64,000 nucleotides of DNA. It comes from Anaeramoeba ignava BMAN (lineage: Eukaryota; Protista; Anaeramoebae). Positions 1 to 13,300 of this stretch are shown here, one piece after another. The first letter of the stretch is position 1. Every line of letters begins with the position of its first letter. The notes under the pieces are model-generated. The model saw only the letters and a program-made list of their open reading frames with translations. It had not been told where the DNA came from and did no database searches. The stretch lies in NCBI GenBank assembly GCA_028826165.1, contig JAPDFW010000136.1:1-64000 (forward strand), read 5' to 3'. A program made the translations under genes and the position numbers.

Positions 1-3000
1 TCTAGAAATATTTGTGAACCTATTTTAGGATTAGTTGAATATCTTTCAGACCATTTAATAATAGGTTTTTCTATAATTTCTTGAATTATTTTGTTTTCCT
101 CTTGTTGTTTTGTTTCTTCAAATAATTTGGAATAAAAATATTGGAAAAATGGGAAATTTGAATTATTAAATTGATAAGTAGTAAAGAATATTTTGGAAAA
201 TGTGGAATTGTTAAATTTTTGAATATCTTTTTCCCATAATTTTTGAATTTTATTGGTGTTTTTGATTAATAGGAAAAGTTTGAAATTATCATTAATCATA
301 ATATTACTGAATAAAATAGCAAAATATAGTTTCTAATTTTCTTTAAATTTAAATTGAATAAATGAAGTTAATGATTCATTTCTTCTTTTCTTTTTCAAAT
401 TTTTCATTAATTAATTCATTAATATTCCATTCATATAATTTGATATTTCCATTTGTTCCTTTTTGGATCATTTCTCTTATTTTTTTCATTAAAATTTCTT
501 TGTTTTTTAATAATTTCATTTCTTCAAAAAATGTTTTGGTTTTTTCAATTTTTTTCTTTGAATTTAAAAATTTAAGAATAGAAATTGGAATAATTAATTC
601 AAATATTTTTCCCAATTTCCTTCAATAACTTTTTCTAAATAATTTCCAGGGAATGTTGTTTTCAAATCAATATTCATTTCAAAATCATATTGGAAAATAT
701 CATCAATATAATAATATTCAAAATTTTTCAAATGAAAAATGGAATGTATTTGTTTCTTCTTGATTTGATGAAATATGAACAATAAACATAAGAAAGCATT
801 TAATTTTTCTTTTTCTTTTCAATTATATTTTCAATTAAATATTTGAATTGATAAAATATTTTTTCTGATAAATTTCTTGTTGGTGTAAAATGAATAATTA
901 AAATGAAATTTGGATCTTTTTTTCTTTGATTCTTCTTATTCATTTGATTATTTTGATTTGGTTTTTGAGGAAATATTCCAAGAATATCTTTAATTTTCTT
1001 TTTGAAATCTTTTTCATTATCAAATTCAGAAATATTTAATTCTTCAATATTAAATCCTTTAATTTCAATATTTTTTGATTTTGATTTTAATGATGATAAT
1101 GTTAAAATGATTGATTTTTGAATTTTCTTTGGTTTTAATTCATTTTGAATTAATTCATTTAAATTATGTTGATATAAACTATTATATCTTTCACAAAAAT
1201 ATTTTAAATATAAATATTCATTTATTCCCATTTCAATTTCATTTTCATTTTCATTTTCATTTTCATTTTCTTTTTCATTTTCCTTTTGATTTTGATTTTG
1301 ATTTTGATTTTGATTTTGATTTTTATTTTGATTTTTATTTTGATTTTTTCGAATTTTGGATTTAAATTGTTGAATTTTTTGTTGTATTAAAAGAATATTT
1401 TCAAAATTACAAACTCTCATCCACATATTAACTCCTTCAAAAATCAAAAAATTTTTTATTTTCCTTTCATTATCAATTTCTTTTATTTTTGAAATTATTT
1501 CTTGGAGTTTTATTGCAAGTGATGGAAATAATCCAGAATGATAAGAAACAATTAAATCTTCTTCTTTAATTTTTGAATATTCACAAATTTTTTTGATTAT
1601 TTCTTTTTGTTGTTCATAAAATTTTCGAATAATTCCAAATTCAATAAATTCATCTAATTTCAATAAATATTTTTCAAATCTATTTAAAATAGCTGGTGTT
1701 TCATTATGATAAGCATGACTTTTATCACAAATTGAAATTAATCTGAAATTAGGATCAATTTTAATTAAATTTCCAATATTTCCCATTGAAATTTGTGCAT
1801 AAAGATTATTTCCTTCTTTGATATAATTTTGATTTAATAAATCATATAAAGGTAGAAATAAATCATTATTATTATATAAAATAATTATTTCTCCTTTTCT
1901 TATTGAATTTTCAACTTTATGTAAATCTTTAATAATTTTAACTTTTGTTTGATCTTTTGGGAAAAGAATTTCCAAAAACAACACTAATTTTTTTCTTCCT
2001 TCTTCTTCAATTAAACTTTCAATAATTTGTAAAATAATTGGTAAATTTAAAGTTTCATCAATTAAAATCATCATATTTCTTGAAAAATCTGAAATTTTAT
2101 TTGGATTATTAAATCCATAATTTTCAAATATTTTTTTTTGGATATTTTGATAAATGAGTTCTTTTGTTGTTATTTTTGTTAATGATATTAAATCTAATGA
2201 TTTGGATTCATTTTGAAATTGGGAAATATTTTGAATAATTTCTGGTTTGGAATTAAAATTTCTTAATAAAGCATTTGAAATTAAGCTTTCATTATTATAA
2301 GAAATGTTATGAGTTATATAAGAATATCCAATCATTTTAACAAAAAAATAAAAATCTCTAAGTCCAAAATAAGGTTTCCATTCTGAATCTTTTTCTTTTT
2401 CTTTTTGATTTTCAATAATCTTTTTGTAAATTCTTGAAAGACTATCTGCAAATAGTTCTGGGATTTTAGAATTCATTCCTGTATTTTCTGAACATAATAT
2501 TTGTTGAGCTGTTGTTTCAATTTTTGTTATTGAATCTCTATAAATAAGAATTCCTCTATTCATATTACTTGGATCTAAAATCCAATTTGATATTGAAACA
2601 ACTGAAACTGTTTTCATTTCTTTTAAAATATCTTCTAATTTTTCATTTTTATTTTTATTTTCATTTTGTTTAAATCTTTTTTGAAGTTTTCTTGATAATT
2701 CTTTTTCTGATTCTTCAAGTTTTGAATGAAGTGTTTTAAGTGGAAATTCAGAACTCCATTCTGCAAGTGCAATTTCATCAAGAACAACAACTCCTAAATT
2801 ATTTTCATTTTCTGTATTTTGTTTAGCTAATTTGAAAACTTCTTCAATTTCTTTATTTGTTGTTATTTGTGAACATTGAATAAAAGATTGATAAAGAGAT
2901 CTAAGTTTAAGTTTTCTTAATAATTCATTAATTTCAAATGGTGGTTTAAAAGATTTTAAAATGACTTCAAGAGAAATTGATTTTGAAGTTCCTATTTATT

Positions 3001-6000
3001 ATTTATTAATTTAAATTTTTAATTTTAAATTTAAATTATAATTTTAATTTTTTACCTGGTTTCCCAATAATAAATAAAGGTATTTGAGTATAAATTGAAA
3101 TATAAAGCAATAAACAATTTTCTTTTAATGCTGTATTTTTTGCAATCATTTTTTCTTTAAAATTATAATCTAAATTTTCAATTAAATTTGTTTTAGCATT
3201 TTCAATTATTTCTTTATAATCTTTTGATTTTTCATTTCCAAAAATTTTAATTGAATATTTTTTTCTTTTTTTTTGATTTTTTTCTCTAACTTCATAACAA
3301 ACAAAAAGAGATAAATAAATTGCTTTTTCAATTATTTTTCCATCTTCTTCTTTTTGTTCTTTAATCTGTTCTTTAATCTGTTTCAAATCAATTTTATCTT
3401 TTAATAAAATTATACCAGCTCTTGATCTTGATTCATAAATCCATCTAAATATTCTAAGAGTTCTTGAAATATCTCTAAGTGAAACTTTTGAAGCTAAATT
3501 CTTTTTTTCATTTTCATTTTGATTTTCATTTTGGTTTTGATTTTGGTTTTGATTTTGATTTTCTTCTTCTTCTCTAATATATTGCTGAGATTTTTGAATA
3601 TATTCAATAAAATTTTCCATAAATTCTCCGAGTCTTTTAATATCTTCTTCTTTTTTAAAAATAGAATCAAATGTGTTTTTAACCATTTTTTGAATATAAG
3701 GTAATTCTTGTTCTTTTTGAAGTGAATTAAAATTTAATATTTGTTTTTGTAAAGAATCTGGAAGTTTTTGAACTCTATAAACTGATTTTTGAATTTTCTT
3801 ACTTTCTTCATTTTCATCATCTTTTTGATAAAATAATCCAAATCTTTCATATTCTTTTCTATCTATTTCATCTCTTTTTCTATATGGATTAATTGCTGCT
3901 ATTAATCTTATATTTGTTGATATCTTTTTCCCATTAAACATTTTATCAATAAATAAATATTTGAAAATTGGAATAAAAGATTTTGGAGCTGTATTTAATT
4001 CATCAAAAAGTATTATAAATGGTTTTGGAAAATATTTTTCTCCTTCTTCAATTAAATTTTGAATATCTTTTTTCTTTATAGAATTATTAACATTTAATGT
4101 TTTGATTTTTTGTTCCAAAATAGTTTCAAATAAATATTCAATTAATGAAGTTTTTCCACATCCAGTTTCTCCACTTATAATTATTGGAAGATTAACAAAA
4201 TTTCTGAATTGAAGAAATAGCATTTTAGAAACATTATCAAAAGTAAGAACATATTTTGATTTTCCTTTTTTATGTTCTTCAATTAATTCTTTATCAATTT
4301 CTTTTGGATTAAGAGCAGATAAAAATTGGAAAATTCTTTCAATTTCTTCTTCAGAACTGAAAGTATCAGAAAATTTTGATTCTACTAAACCTAAATTTAT
4401 TGTTATCTTTTCAGGATTGTATAATAAGGGAGAATTTTTTGAATATTTTTTTGTAAATATTCCAAATCCTGAAAGAAAATGATCTATTTTTTGTTCGTTT
4501 CTTGATTTAATTGAAATTGGAATAATATTTTCATTTTCATTTTTAAATTTCAATTTGGGAAGAAAAGTATAAAAATTATCAAAAATATTTTTGTTTTCTG
4601 ATAATAAAGGAAATAAAATAAATCTTGAAATTGAAAGAAACCAACTTTTAAGGATTGATCTTTGTAGTTCTTTCGATTCGTTTTCTTTGACTTTTAGAAA
4701 ATCCCATTCTATTATTAAATTAATAAATACTTTTAATGAATTCCAAAATTGTGATAATAATCTAAATGTGTAAATATTTTTCATATTTCCTCTATTAAAT
4801 TGATTTAAAACAATAGAAATATTTTTTTCAATTAATTCAATAAATCTTTTTGGATTTGGTTTATCATCTTTTTCTATTATTTCTTTAATATTTTCAATTC
4901 TATTTGGTTCATTTAGAATTTGTTCATCTTCTAATTTTATCATTAAATTTGCAACTTTTTTTAATTTTTCATCTTCTTTTTCAATTATTTTTTGATTTGA
5001 ATCAATTTCATAATTTTGGAAAACAAAAGAATCTTTGTTATAATTTAAATAATGTAAATTAAATTGATAAAGTGGATAAAAAGATTTCCACATTTTTTCA
5101 TTTTGGTTTTGATTTTGATTTTGATTTTGATTTTTATTTTGATTTTGATTTTGATTTTGATTTTGATTCTTATTTTGATTTTGATTTTGATTTTGATACT
5201 TTTCTTGTTTATTAGGAATTTCAAATAAAAGAATTATGTTTGATTGAATATTCCAACAAAGAGATTTTGATGATTTTGGATTTGAATTTTCAATAGATCC
5301 CCACATTGTAAGTTGCCAAATTGCATCTGAAATTTCAATAGAACATTTATTTGGAAATTCAATATGAATGAATATTGTTTCTTTTTCTTTTTCTTTTTCT
5401 TTTAATTGATTTGTAATTTGATTTAATTTAGAAATCATTTCAGAAATTGTTCCTTTATTAAGTTGAATAATTTGATATTTATAATTATTTGTTTTTCTTT
5501 TAAAATCAAAACAAAATTTTCTAATTTGAAAACTTTTTCCTTCACCTGTAAAATTTGAATAAAAAACATGAATTTTGTGATAAATTGGTGAAAATTCGAT
5601 AATTTTTTTCAGATTTTTGTTAATTTCATCTCCAAAATCAATATTTAATTCTCCTTCTTGAAGTAAAGAAGATAAAAATGTTTTTTCTTGTTTTTGATAA
5701 AATTCAAATATTATCATTGGTATTTTTGTAACAAAATCAATTGAATTTGTTTCAGAAATTATAATATTTTGACATTTTTGAGATAATCTATCAGCATGAA
5801 TTATTGAAAATAATAATGAAAATGAATCATTATTTTCTTGTATTTCATTATAATATTTATAAATTGAGAAAAAATTAATTATATCTTCAGGTTTTGTATT
5901 TGAATTACAAATCAAAATTTGTTCTCTTAATGGAAAATATTTTAAATATAAATAATAAATCATTGTAACATAATTCAATATTTTTGAATCTTCTGTAATT

Positions 6001-9000
6001 TTTATAATAAATATTTTTGGATTTCGAATTGATCCATCTCTTTTTTCATCGATTTGTTTTTTCAATTTAAATTGGATTTTTTGAAGATTTATGTTTTTTT
6101 CTATAATTGATAAATTTATTTTGAAAATGGAATCTTTAATAAATTTTAAAGAGAAACCTTCTTCAATTTTTTGAAAAAAAGATTTTGAAAAATCAATTAA
6201 ATTAATTTTTTCAAATTCTGGATTTATATATTCCATAAAATTTATTTTGTTAGTTCTTTTTTCTCTATTAATTAATCTGATAATTGATTTAAAAATTTCA
6301 TTTTGATTTTGATTTTGATTTTGATTTTGATTTTGATTTTGATTTTGATTTTGATAAATTAAAAGAAGTTGTTGATTGGTTAAAATTCCTTTTAAAGGTA
6401 TTTCTTTTAATTTTTCTTCATCTTCTTTCCATTTTTTAAGATTTTCTTCAATTTTATTATTAAATTGGTTTAATTCTTTGGAATAATCATGTTTTTTTGA
6501 TTTTTTTGATTTTTGTTTGATTTTAAAAGGTTTATCAATTTCTTGAATTTTTTGATAATATTGAATTGGAATAAATCTTTTCAAATTTTGATAAATTTTA
6601 TCAATAGTTTTAAATAATTCTTCATATTGTTGAATTAAAATATATTCTTTTTTTCGATTTTTTGATTGATTTTCTTGATTATCTCCGAAAATAATTTTTG
6701 GTTTTTTATCTAATGCAACACTTAACATATTGATAAAATCTTCAATATTTCTTTCATTTGATTTTTCTGTTTGAATAATACATTTAAATAATGGTTCTTT
6801 CAAATCAAAAATCAATTCACATCCTTTCTCAAAAATATTGAAAATATCTTGAAGTAAATTTGTAGATGAATATATAAATTGTTTATATTTAATATCGAGT
6901 AATGGGAAATATTTAATCAATAATTTTACATCAATTTCTTCTTTTGTTTTTTCTTGAAATTTTATTTTCTTAATTTCATTTTGTAAAGAATGAAGATCAT
7001 TAAATTTGTTTGATAAAAGTATTGGTTTAAAAATATTTTTGAGATTAATTAAAGATTTTTTAAATTCTTTGTATATAATAAAATCAATTAATTTTAATTT
7101 TTTCATTTCATTTTGAAACTCTTTTTCATTTTTTGATTTTAACCAAATTAAGATTTCTTCACTACTTGATATTTGTTGAGAATTATTATTTGATGGAAAT
7201 AATTCAATGATAAATTCAAGAATTTTATAATCAATATTAATTTTTTGATTCATTACTTTTTCAAAATCATTTGTTTGTTTAATTTTCTTTTCTTTCCAAA
7301 TATTTTGTAATTGTTCGATTTCTTTGGTTTGATTTGAATTATTTTCATTTATTTCCAAAAAAATATTAAGGAAATTAGTAATTGAATTTATATTATTAAT
7401 TATTTTTCTAATTTGGAAAAATTTCAAGATTTTTTTTTTGATTTTTTGAATTTTGATTTCTTCAATTTTTGGGAAATTATTTTTTGTTAATAATCCAGAA
7501 ACGAATTGTTCTTTGTTTAATGGGAATTTTTCATTTAATTCTTCCAATTTTGTTTCCATATTAATACTATTTTTCCATTCTTGCCAATTTGATTCTACTT
7601 TTTTACAAATTTTTAGAATTGATAATTTTTTGATTTCTTGATTTTGATTTTGATTTTGATTTTGATTTTGATCTTGATTTTGATTTTGAAGAAATTCTTG
7701 AAATTGTTCTCTAAAAAATAAATTTTGATGAAATAAATAAATTGAATTGATTTTTCTGTTTTCGATATTTTTGAAAAAATTTGAAAATTGATTTAAGGTT
7801 ATTTCTCCTGATTTGATTTTTTCCCAATCTTTAAATTCTTCATTTATTTTTTCATCTTCAAAATTATCAAAAAATTTCTTCATTTTAGAAAGTTTACGAT
7901 TTAAACTATTCAATTCCTTTTTGTTTTTTTCAATTTCATTTTGATTTTTTTCTTTTTTTTCTTCAATTTCATTAAATAAATTGAATATTTCATTAAATTT
8001 ATTTTCATTAATAAGATAAAAATTAAAATCAGATATTGTTGCTTTTTCAGGTGATTTTAATTTTTGGAAATATTGATTTAATTCTTTTTGATAATTTTTC
8101 AGTTCTTCATGAAATTTTTTAGTATCTTCTGAAACATTAATTGGTAAATATTTGTTTATAGGTTTACTTTTTTGAAAGTTTAAAAACCAAATTATTGATT
8201 TTCTCCATAATTCTTGAAGTTTTCCATTTTCTTTAAAAATATCAATCCAAGTAATTTTTTGATTTTGATTTTTATTTTGATCTTTCTTTTTCTTTTTTCT
8301 TTTATTTTGATTTTGATTTTGATTTTGGTAATTCAATTTTTTTCTCCAATTTTCTAATTGAATTGATAAAGGAAGATATTTTATAAAATCAATTCTCATT
8401 AAATTTTGGAAATCATTTATTGAATCATTTTCACATAATTCTTGGATTTGATTTTCAAACTTTTCAATAAATTCTGCTCTTGGTTGATCTTTTTGAATTG
8501 CATCATTATTATAATTTTGGAATTCTTCAGATTTGAAAATTGAAATTGAATTTAAAATCTTTTGGAGATAATTATTTTTTTTAAAAGAAGGTTGATTTGA
8601 AATTGAATCATTAATCACATTTGGAATAATAGTTCCAACTTGAATTATTTCATGTCTATTCCATTTATATTCATTTTTTTTAAAACTAAGGTAACATTCC
8701 ATCCAAAACTTAAAACATTCTAATAAATTTGGAAATTTTGTAATTTTTAACTTATTTTGGAAATCTGGATTTAAAATAAGATAAGCTTTTGATTTTTGAA
8801 AGAACTTTGAATAAATAAAATCAAACCAAATTTTGTTTTTATAACTGAATTTGTTTGAGAAAATTAATTCTAAAATTTGATTTGTTAATTTGAATTTTGT
8901 TTTTGATTGAAGATAAAATGAAATGATATTTTTAATATGAGAATTTTGGATAATTTCTTTTGATGATGTAAATTCTTGGTTAAAATGGATGTAAAGAGGA

Positions 9001-10085
9001 ATAAATTCAAGATTTGAATTATCAATACATTTTGAATTATAATTATAAAGGAATTGATTTAAGAATGAAAAAAGATTTTGATTTTGAGTATTTTGATGAG
9101 AAAAAATAATAATTTCATTTGCTTTTTGAAAATCTTGTTGTGTGCATTCATTAAAAATTTTGGAAACAGAAGATTCACTATATTTTAATCCAATAACAAA
9201 TAACATTCTTGCAAGAATTTCAGGATTTGATTTGAAAATAAGTCGAGTTTTCTCTTTAATTTCAAGTTTTTGTTTTTGGAATTGATCAAGAAATTGCAGA
9301 AAGTATTCAAAATCTGAAATGTATTCTTTTTGAATTGTATAATTAATAATAGCATCAATTATTCTTGCTCCTTTTTTTTTCTCTTTTTCACTTAAATCAT
9401 AAATAATTGTTTTTGGATTTTGATTTTGAATTTGAATTTGAATTTGAATTTTTTTGGATTCTTGATTATTAATTGAATAAGAAATATTTATTGAAGAAGA
9501 AATAAAATTGAAAAAATAAACATTTTTATAAGTAAAAACATTTTCAGCTTCTTTTTTTTCAGGTTCTAAAATATAAAGTTTTGGTTTTTGTGTTTCTTTT
9601 TGAGCAAATAAAATGAACAAAATTTCTTTTTCTTTTTCTTTTTCATTTTCATTTTTATTTTCATTTTCATTTTCATTTTCATTTTCTGAATTTGGTTTTG
9701 ATTTTGATTTTGGATTTGATTTTGATTTTGAATTTGATTTTGATTTTGAATTTGATTTTGATTTTGAATTTGATTTTGATTTTGATTTTGATTTTGATTT
9801 TGATTTTGATTTTGATTTTGATTTTGATTTTGATTTTGGTTTTGTGTTTGTGTTTGTGTTTGTATTTGTATTTGTGTTTATGTTTGTATTTGTATTTGTA
9901 TTTGATTCTGATTTTGATTTTGATTTTGATTTTGGTTTTGTGTTTGTGTTTGTGTTTGTGTTTGTGTTTGTGTTTGTGTTTGTGTTTGTGTTTATGTTTG
10001 TGTTTGTGTTTGTTTCTGTATTTGTGTTTATGTTTGTGTTTGTATTTATGTTTGTGTTTGTGTTTGTTTTTTCACTTGTTTCCAT
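1..10085 (-). CDS. RNF213/mysterin-like giant multi-AAA+ ATPase, 3' end beyond the window. Exon 1 10085-3056, intron 3055-2992, exon 2 2991-800, then frameshifted continuation to position 1
   Basis: Likely ATG at 10085 (METSEK); the ORF upstream of it is ILIL microsatellite translation. Motifs colinear with RNF213 as I recall it: FTGEGKSF, ISGETGCGKTSLI, ILFDELNT, IAAINPYRK, VYRVQKLPDSL, VSLRDISR, IAKNTALKEN. Removing the 64-nt GT-AG intron rebuilds Walker A IIGKPGTSKS, followed by VVVLDEIALAE..PLKTLH, SISNWILDPSNMNRGI and YFGLRDFY. Below 800 the coding-like sequence continues across several frame changes. Confidence 0.88.
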
Positions 10086-10159
10086 TTTAAAAATAAATTG
10101 TTTTGAAAGAAAAAAAATGAAAATTGAAAAACAGGAAAAAAAAACTTTTTTCCTGAATT

Positions 10160-10360
10160 TAAAAATCAAAATTAAAATCAAAATTAAAATCAAAATTAAA
10201 ATTAAAATTTCAATTAAAATCAAAATCAAAATCAAAATCAAAATCAAAATTAAAATCAAAATCAAAATTAAAATTAAAATCAAAATTAAAATTAAAATTA
10301 AAATTAAATTTAAAATCAAAATTAAAATTAAAATCAAAACTAAAATTAAAATTAAAATTA
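10160..10360 (+). repeat. (AAAATY)n hexamer microsatellite, left half of the array split by the TIR element
   Basis: Tandem AAAATT/AAAATC, same orientation as the array at 16680-16977. Confidence 0.95.
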
Positions 10361-13300
10361 TAACTATTTTCGGATGGGTGTTTGAATTTTTTTGGGTTTT
10401 TTTTTCTTTTAAAAAAAAAAAATTTGTTCCTAATACAATATTTTTCACCCCACCAACATCCCTCAAAAAAATTTTGAAAAAAAAATTAATTAAAGCCAAA
10501 AATTTCAAAAATTCGGAAAAAATGAAATTTTTGTTCCTAATAGACACCTCAAAATCAATTTTTTTTGAGTCAAAAATTTTCAAAAAACTGAGTGAAAAAA
10601 TTTGAAATTTGATCCAAAAAAATCAAAAAAATAAAAAAAGAATAAAAAAGAAAAAAAATAAAAAAGAGAATTTGGAAAGTGTTGTTTTATTTTCTTATTT
10701 GTGGAACAAAAGAAATCCAAGATATTTTTGTTTAAAAGATGAGAAAAAAAGAAGAAAAAAAGCAAAAAATAGTGAAATATCAATTTTTAAAAAACAAAAA
10801 AAGAATATCCATTTTTTTGTTATTTATTTGATTCTCTTTATAATCTTTTCTATTTTTTGTTTAGATTAATTTCAACTTTTTCTAAAATATGATTATTTAT
10901 GATATTTTTTAATTCTCTCTGAAATTTATCAAGAATATATTGAAATTTCTTTGATTTTCCACAAGAATTATCTTTTAAAACTCATTTAAATTAATTTGTT
11001 TTGTTTGTTTTTTTAATTCAATGGAAAATTTGAAATCAATATTGTTTTCTTTTGATTCCTGTATTAAAATCTAAAATCTATAATCTAAAATCTATAATCT
11101 AAAATCTATAATCTAAAATCTATAATCTAAAATTTAAAATCTAAAATCTAAAATTGTTATTGTTATTGTTGAAAAAAGAGGATCATTTTCTGTTTTGTGT
11201 TTTAATTGAATTAATTTCTTGAATTTGTTTATCATTTCATGTTATTGATTGAATCAAAAATAACATCATTTTCTTCAATAAAAATAAATATTTTGAATTA
11301 AAAATAATTAAGAAAACTTCTTTTAATTAATTGTTAAGAATTTAACTTTCAATAAAATTCATTTTAAATTACCAATTTCTATCAATCCAATTTTTATTAA
11401 CTCAAAATATTAAAAGTGAACTTTGACATTTATAAACTATTTGATAAGATAAAAATATCATTTCCAATTAAATTCCTTTTTCCAATAACATTTTATCAAA
11501 ATATGGAAATCAAAAATTTATAATCAATTCCAAAATTATTATTTTTTTCCTCAAAAAAAAAAACAAATCTAAAAAAAAGAAAATCATTAAATTCATAAAA
11601 GGAATTATTTTAAAAATGAAATCAAATTTAACATTATCTTGTTATTTCTATTTGTTTTCTTGTAAAAAAAATTGTTAATTTATCAATAAATTTTGGATGA
11701 AAAAAATTTCTTTCATTTCTCATTTTTTTCTTTTTTTGAGAATATTTCTAACTTATTTCTAATTTCGTTATGTTTTATCATTTTAAGACAGAAATCATTG
11801 ATATTTTAAATTGATATTTTAAATTGATACTTTAAATTGATATTTAAATTGATATTTTAATTGATATTTTAATTGATATTTTAATTAATATTTTAATTGA
11901 TATTTTAATTGATATTTTAATTGATATTTTAATTGATATTTTAATTGATATTTAAATTGATATTTTAATTGATATTTAAATTGATATTTTAATTGATATT
12001 TAAATTGATATTTTAATTAATATTTAAATTGATATTTTAATTAATATTTAAATTGATATTTTAATTAATATTTTAATTAATATTTAAATTGATATTTTAA
12101 ATTGATATTTTAAAATTAATATTTAAAATTGATATTTAAATTAATATTTAAATTGATATTTAAATTGATATTTTAATTAATATTTTAATTGATATTTTAA
12201 ATTGATATTTTTAATTGATATTTTAATTGATATTTAAATTGATATTTTAAATTAATATTTAAATTGATATTTAAATTGATATTTAAATTGATATTTAAAT
12301 TGATATTTAAATTGATATTTTAATTAATATTTAAATTAATATTTAAATTGATATTTAAATTAATATTTAAATTAATATTTTTAATTAATATTTTAATTGA
12401 TATTTAAAATTGATATTTTAATTAATATTTTAATTGATATTTAAATTGATATTTTAATTGATATTTTTAATTAATATTTTTAAATTAATATTTTTAATTA
12501 ATATTTTTAATTAATATTTTAAATTGATATTTAAAATTAATATTTAAATTGATATTTAAATTGATATTTTAAATTGATATTTTAATTGATATTTTAATTG
12601 ATATTTTAAATTAATATTTAAATTGATATTTAAATTAATATTTTAAATTAATATTTAAAATTGATATTTTAATTAATATTTTTAATTAATATTTAAATTG
12701 ATATTTTAATTGATATTTTTAATTGATATTTAAATTAATATTTAAATTGATATTTTAAATTGATATTTTTAATTGATATTTTAATTAATATTTAAAATTG
12801 ATATTTTAAATTGATATTTAAATTGATATTTTAATTGATATTTTAATTAATATTTTAATTGATATTTAAATTGATATTTAAATTAATATTTTAATTGATA
12901 TTTTAATTAATATTTAAATTGATATTTAAATTGATATTTTTAATTAATATTTAAATTGATATTTAAATTAATATTTTAATTAATATTTTAAATTGATATT
13001 TAAATTGATATTTTTAATTGATATTTAAATTTGATATTTAAATTGATATTTAAAATTGATATTTAAATTGATATTTTTAATTAATATTTAAATTGATATT
13101 TTAAATTAATATTTTAATTGATATTTAAATTAATATTTTAAATTAATATTTTAAATTGATATTTAAATTAATATTTAAATTAATATTTAAAATTGATATT
13201 TAAATTAATATTTTAATTGATATTTTAAATTAATATTTAAATTAATATTTAAATTGATATTTTAATTGATATTTTAAATTGATATTTAAATTAATATTTT

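Noticed and set aside
10086-10583. First 166 codons of the 2515-aa ORF
   Set aside because: Non-ATG start, ILIL microsatellite translation and overlap with the element end; ATG 10085 is more plausible.
9613-10605. Low-complexity ORFs (FDFD, IKIK, LNLN, INFN) here and at 16585-16954, 26078-27360, 43186-43470, 49120-49887, 53069-53929, 58234-59271
   Set aside because: Stop-free translations of tandem repeats or antisense shadows of real genes.
10385-11796. Transposase gene inside the TIR element
   Set aside because: Only short stop-ridden frames; no DDE or HTH motif recognisable by eye.
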